DNA of 35,548 nt, taken from contig JAJZYS010000002.1 in NCBI GenBank assembly GCA_021797925.1, positions 1-35,548 of the forward strand, given 5' to 3'. Both the position numbers and the translations under genes were made by a program. The notes under the pieces were generated by a model that was not told the origin of the DNA, ran no database searches, and saw nothing but the letters and a program-made list of their open reading frames with translations. Numbering within the stretch: the first letter of the stretch is position 1; each line of letters starts with the position of its first letter. The stretch is from Bacillota bacterium (lineage in GTDB: Bacteria > Bacillota > Sulfobacillia > JAJZYS01). Of the stretch, positions 32,366-35,548 are shown piece after piece.

Positions 32366-33396
32366 TCCCCGGGCGTGTGATCGTCACCGGCGGAGCCGGG
32401 TTCATCGGTTCGGAGGTGGTGCGCCAGGCGCTCGAGCGCTGGCCCGACACCCAGGTGGTCACCGTGGACGCGCTCACCTACGCGGGGCACCGCTCGAACC
32501 TGGAGGGGGCCGACGGCAACCCCCGCCACCGGTTCGTCGAGGCGGACATCCGCGACGCGGTGGCGATGGACGCCCTCGTGGGCGAGGTGAAGCCCGACGC
32601 GCTGGTCCACCTGGCCGCGGAGTCGCACGTGGACCGCAGCATCGAGGCGTCCACGGTGTTCCTCGAGACCAACGTGGTGGGCACCGGCGTGCTCCTCGAG
32701 GCGGCGCGCCGGCACGGCGTGCGCCGCTTCCTCCACGTCTCCACCGACGAGGTGTACGGCGACGTGCCCGAACCCCATCTGTCGCGGCCCGAAGACCCCT
32801 TGCTGCCGCGCAGTCCCTACGCCGCATCCAAGGCCGCCTCGGACCTTCTGGCCCGCTCCCATTTCACCACCCACGGCCTGGGGGTGGTCATCACCCGGGG
32901 GTGCAACACCTACGGCCCGTACCAGTTCCCCGAGAAGCTCCTGCCGCTGGCCATCACCAACCTGCTCCTGGGGGAGCCGGTGCCGGTGTACGGCGACGGG
33001 CGCCAGGTGCGCGAGTGGATCCACGTGACCGACCACGCCCGGGGCATTCTCATGGCCGTGGAGTCGGGGGTGGACGGGGAGATCTATCCCATGGCGAGCG
33101 GCGAGCGGCTCGCCAACGAGGACATCCTGATGAAGGTCCTCGCGCTCATGGGCCGCGACGCCTCGGTGCTGCGGCGGGTCGCCGACCGCCCCGGCCACGA
33201 CCGCCGTTACGCCATGGACCCCGAGCCCTCCCGCGCGGCCCTGGGCTTCACCCCCGTGCTGTCCCTTCAAGCCGGGCTCGAGGCGACCGTCGCGTGGTAC
33301 CGCGACCACCGCGCGTGGTGGGAGGAACGGCGCTCGGGATCCTACGCCGACTACTACCGGCGGCAGGTCGCCCAGCGGGCGGGGTGGCAGGGGTGA
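32362..33396 (+). CDS. rmlB: dTDP-glucose 4,6-dehydratase
   Basis: 344 aa. ATGA overlap with rmlC. VTGGAGFIGS, HLAAESHVDRS and the YxxxK motif in YAASKAASD. Confidence 0.9.
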   Translation: MIPGRVIVTGGAGFIGSEVVRQALERWPDTQVVTVDALTYAGHRSNLEGADGNPRHRFVEADIRDAVAMDALVGEVKPDALVHLAAESHVDRSIEASTVFLETNVVGTGVLLEAARRHGVRRFLHVSTDEVYGDVPEPHLSRPEDPLLPRSPYAASKAASDLLARSHFTTHGLGVVITRGCNTYGPYQFPEKLLPLAITNLLLGEPVPVYGDGRQVREWIHVTDHARGILMAVESGVDGEIYPMASGERLANEDILMKVLALMGRDASVLRRVADRPGHDRRYAMDPEPSRAALGFTPVLSLQAGLEATVAWYRDHRAWWEERRSGSYADYYRRQVAQRAGWQG

Positions 33397-34232
33397 GGGT
33401 GCTGGTCACGGGGGGCAGCGGCCAGCTGGGCCGCGCCCTGGTGGCGAAGCTCGCGGCCCAGGGCCACGACGTGCTGGCGCCGCCCCGCTCCCGGTTCGAC
33501 CTCCTGGCGGTCGAGTCCGCGCTGCCCTCCCTCCCGTGGATTCCCGACGCGCTGGTGAACGCGGCCGCCATGACCGACGTGGACGGCTGCGAACTCGACC
33601 CGGACACGGCCGAGGCCGTCAACGCCCGCTCCCCGGGCATCCTGGCGCAGTTCTGCCGCGCGCACCGGGTGCGGTTCATCCACATCTCCACCGACTATGT
33701 CTTCGACGGCGCCCGTGCGGGCGGGTACGTGGAGACGGACGTGACCGCCCCCCTGCAGGTGTACGGCCGCACCAAGCGCCTGGGGGAGGCGGCGGCGCTC
33801 TCGGCCCTGCCCGAGACGCTGGTGGTGCGCACCGCCTGGCTGTTCGGGGGCGGGGGATCGAGCGATCTGCGCGAGCGCATGCGGGCCATGTTCCGCAGCT
33901 GGGAGGAGCGGCGCGCGCGCGAGGGCGCGAGCGCGGCCCTTCGCTTCGCCACGGACCAGCGTTCGAGCCCCACCCACGTGGGGGATCTGGCCGCCGGGCT
34001 GACGGAGCTCCTGGACACGGGCGCCCACGGCGTGATGCACCTCGTGAACCCCGGGTCCACGAGCCGCTTCGAGCTGGCGCAGGCGCTCTCGCCCCCGCCG
34101 GGGAGCCTCGAGCCCGGACGGGCGGACGATTTCCCCCGTCCCGCCCGCCGACCCGCCCAGAGCGCGCTCAGAACCGTCCGGCCCGACACGCCCCGGCTGC
34201 GCCCGGGGCTCGTGGCGTGGTGCGAGCCATGA
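33393..34232 (+). CDS. rmlD: dTDP-4-dehydrorhamnose reductase
   Basis: The GTG overlaps the rmlB stop (GTGA). 279 aa. VTGGSGQLG, HISTDYVFDG and YGRTKRLGE. It carries a Gly/Arg-rich insert relative to what I expect for RmlD. Confidence 0.8.
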   Translation: MRVLVTGGSGQLGRALVAKLAAQGHDVLAPPRSRFDLLAVESALPSLPWIPDALVNAAAMTDVDGCELDPDTAEAVNARSPGILAQFCRAHRVRFIHISTDYVFDGARAGGYVETDVTAPLQVYGRTKRLGEAAALSALPETLVVRTAWLFGGGGSSDLRERMRAMFRSWEERRAREGASAALRFATDQRSSPTHVGDLAAGLTELLDTGAHGVMHLVNPGSTSRFELAQALSPPPGSLEPGRADDFPRPARRPAQSALRTVRPDTPRLRPGLVAWCEP

Positions 34233-35257
34233 GCGACGCGGCCGGCAACGGGGAGGGCCGCCTCTTCGATATCGACGACCGGCGCGACCTCCTGGCGCGG
34301 CCCGACGTGTCCATCGTGATCCTGGTGCGCAACAACCTCGCCCACACCCGCGCCTGCATCGAGAGCGTGCGGGCGAACACCCGGGGGTACGAGTGCGTCG
34401 TGGTGGACAACGGCTCCACGGACGCCACCCCGGCGTACCTGAAGGCGCTCGTGGCCGAGGAACCCCACCGCTTTGTCGTGGCCCGCTCGGAGACCAACCT
34501 GGGCTTCGCCGCCGGGGTGAACCTGGGGATCCTGCTCTCGGCCGGGGAGCGCGTCTGCCTCCTCAACAACGACACCCGGGTGCCCGAGGGCTGGCTGTGG
34601 CGCCTGCGCGCCTTCCTGGACGCCGACCCCGCCCTCGGCGCGGTGGGACCCATGACCAACGCGGCCGGGGGCACCATCCAGGAGGTCAAGGTGCCCGAAG
34701 CGCTGCCCGACCACCTGGACGCCGCCGACCGGCAGTGGTTTGCCCGGCATCTGGGGCCCGTGCGCCGGGTTCACCGGCTCGTGGGCTTCTGCCTGCTGCT
34801 CTCCCGCCGCGCCGTGGACGCGGTGGGCGGCCTGGACGTGCGCTTCGGGCTGGGCAACTTCGAGGACGACGACCTGGGTCTGAGGATCCAGCTGGCGGGC
34901 CTCGCCCTGGGCATGGTGGAGAGCGTGCTGGTGTACCACCGGGGCAGCGCCACCTTCGCCAGCGAGCGCATCGACTACCGCTCCTCGCTCATGGACGCCT
35001 GGCGCGTCTTCAAGGACAAGTGGGACCTTTCGCCCGACCTGGCGTACGGGTCGCTGCCCATCGGCCAGATCCTCGCGGAGCACGGTCCCGCGGACGCGTA
35101 CCTGCCGCCGGTGTGGGAGTTCAGCGCCGACACCCTGGCGCGGGTCGCGGAGACGTACCTGCACCGCGGCCAAGAGCAGGAGGCGCTGCGGGTGGTGACG
35201 TTCGGCCGCGCGCATTTTCCCGAGGCGTTCGCCCGGCTGGACGCGGGTGCGCAGTGA
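34229..35257 (+). CDS. family-2 glycosyltransferase with C-terminal extension
   Basis: ATGA overlap with rmlD. 342 aa. VSIVILVRN, VVVDNGSTD, NLGFAAGVN and a FEDDDL (DxD-like) motif. Confidence 0.8.
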   Translation: MSDAAGNGEGRLFDIDDRRDLLARPDVSIVILVRNNLAHTRACIESVRANTRGYECVVVDNGSTDATPAYLKALVAEEPHRFVVARSETNLGFAAGVNLGILLSAGERVCLLNNDTRVPEGWLWRLRAFLDADPALGAVGPMTNAAGGTIQEVKVPEALPDHLDAADRQWFARHLGPVRRVHRLVGFCLLLSRRAVDAVGGLDVRFGLGNFEDDDLGLRIQLAGLALGMVESVLVYHRGSATFASERIDYRSSLMDAWRVFKDKWDLSPDLAYGSLPIGQILAEHGPADAYLPPVWEFSADTLARVAETYLHRGQEQEALRVVTFGRAHFPEAFARLDAGAQ

Positions 35258-35317
35258 CGGTCGGCGAGCGCGCCCGTCCCCTGTTGCGGCTGGCGCGGGG
35301 CCCGGCGGTTCGCCCAA

Positions 35318-35347
35318 GGCCTCGACGCTGAGGATCGCGTCGAGGCC
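35318..35347 (+). terminator. hairpin after the GT2 gene
   Basis: Perfect 11-bp stem GGCCTCGACGC (35318-35328) / GCGTCGAGGCC (35337-35347) with an 8-nt loop, about 60 nt after the stop. Confidence 0.45.
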
Positions 35348-35520
35348 GATGATGCCGCCGTCCCCAGGTGGACCCATCGGATCCGGGCGCCGGGGAGGTT
35401 TTCGGCCGCGCGGCGCCGCTGGCGCGCGTTGGCGGCGGGGCGCTGGCGAAACGCGCACGCACGCCGCCGTGGGCAGCCGGCGGACGACTCGGCGGCGGGC
35501 GCGCTCCGGCGGCTGTACCG

Positions 35521-35530
35521 CCCCCCCCCC
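35521..35530. repeat. C10 homopolymer near the window end
   Basis: Ten consecutive C at 35521-35530 in a stretch where I cannot support any CDS. Confidence 0.9.
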
Positions 35531-35548
35531 GGCTGGGCGTCTGGCGCC

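Noticed and set aside
35258-35548. Possible partial gene at the 3' edge: a + frame ATG at 35349 that stays open to the window end, and minus-strand ORF 35121..35462
   Set aside because: Both translations are Arg/Gly/Pro-rich with no motifs. The minus ORF overlaps the GT2 gene antisense, and the evidence is insufficient to call a CDS.
1-35548. Search for CRISPR arrays, tRNA/rRNA genes, IS elements and integrases
   Set aside because: I saw no regularly spaced direct repeats, no tRNA-like cloverleaf candidates in the intergenic gaps, and no transposase or integrase-like ORFs. This was a by-eye scan only, so small RNAs could be missed.

Overview
Very GC-rich (roughly 70% by eye) bacterial chromosomal window with about 35 protein genes, mostly on the + strand and often translationally coupled (ATGA/GTGA overlaps). 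I saw no rRNA, tRNA, CRISPR array, transposase or integrase. The gene complement (MinC, LCP ligase, YlqH-like FlhB fragment, DUF4870, DinB/DUF1572, AcoA-type E1) suggests a high-GC Bacillota such as a Thermaerobacter/Limnochordia/Symbiobacterium-like organism; this is inference only. Layout: (1) bases 1-10421 hold an NCS1 permease, a crotonase and a six-gene reductive pyrimidine/hydantoin catabolic operon (beta-ureidopropionase, class-III aminotransferase, aldehyde dehydrogenase, PreT, PreA, dihydropyrimidinase). (2) UbiE/MenG methyltransferase, then an orphan divergent HMG-CoA-reductase-like protein, convergent with an unknown protein that ends in a glycine-zipper tail. (3) Proline dehydrogenase coupled to a GNAT::YjjX-NTPase fusion. 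(4) DUF4870 protein, an RCK-gated channel with a NaK-type TLGDG filter, and an orphan minC. (5) A FliK-like protein plus an FlhB-C-terminal-only protein, then tdk. (6) Directly fused to tdk, a VirD4/TraG-type coupling ATPase plus a replication-relaxation protein, with no other mobile-element genes. This is my best candidate for an undescribed system. (7) LCP ligase, an E1alpha/E1beta/E2 2-oxoacid dehydrogenase operon without E3, and DinB. (8) A small RHH, small membrane protein and bitopic membrane protein cassette. (9) Histidine phosphatase divergent from an rmlA-C-B-D plus GT2 operon. Many long ORFs in the track are antisense or off-frame shadows caused by the high GC content and are not called. 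All family assignments rest on by-eye motif recognition, not database searches.
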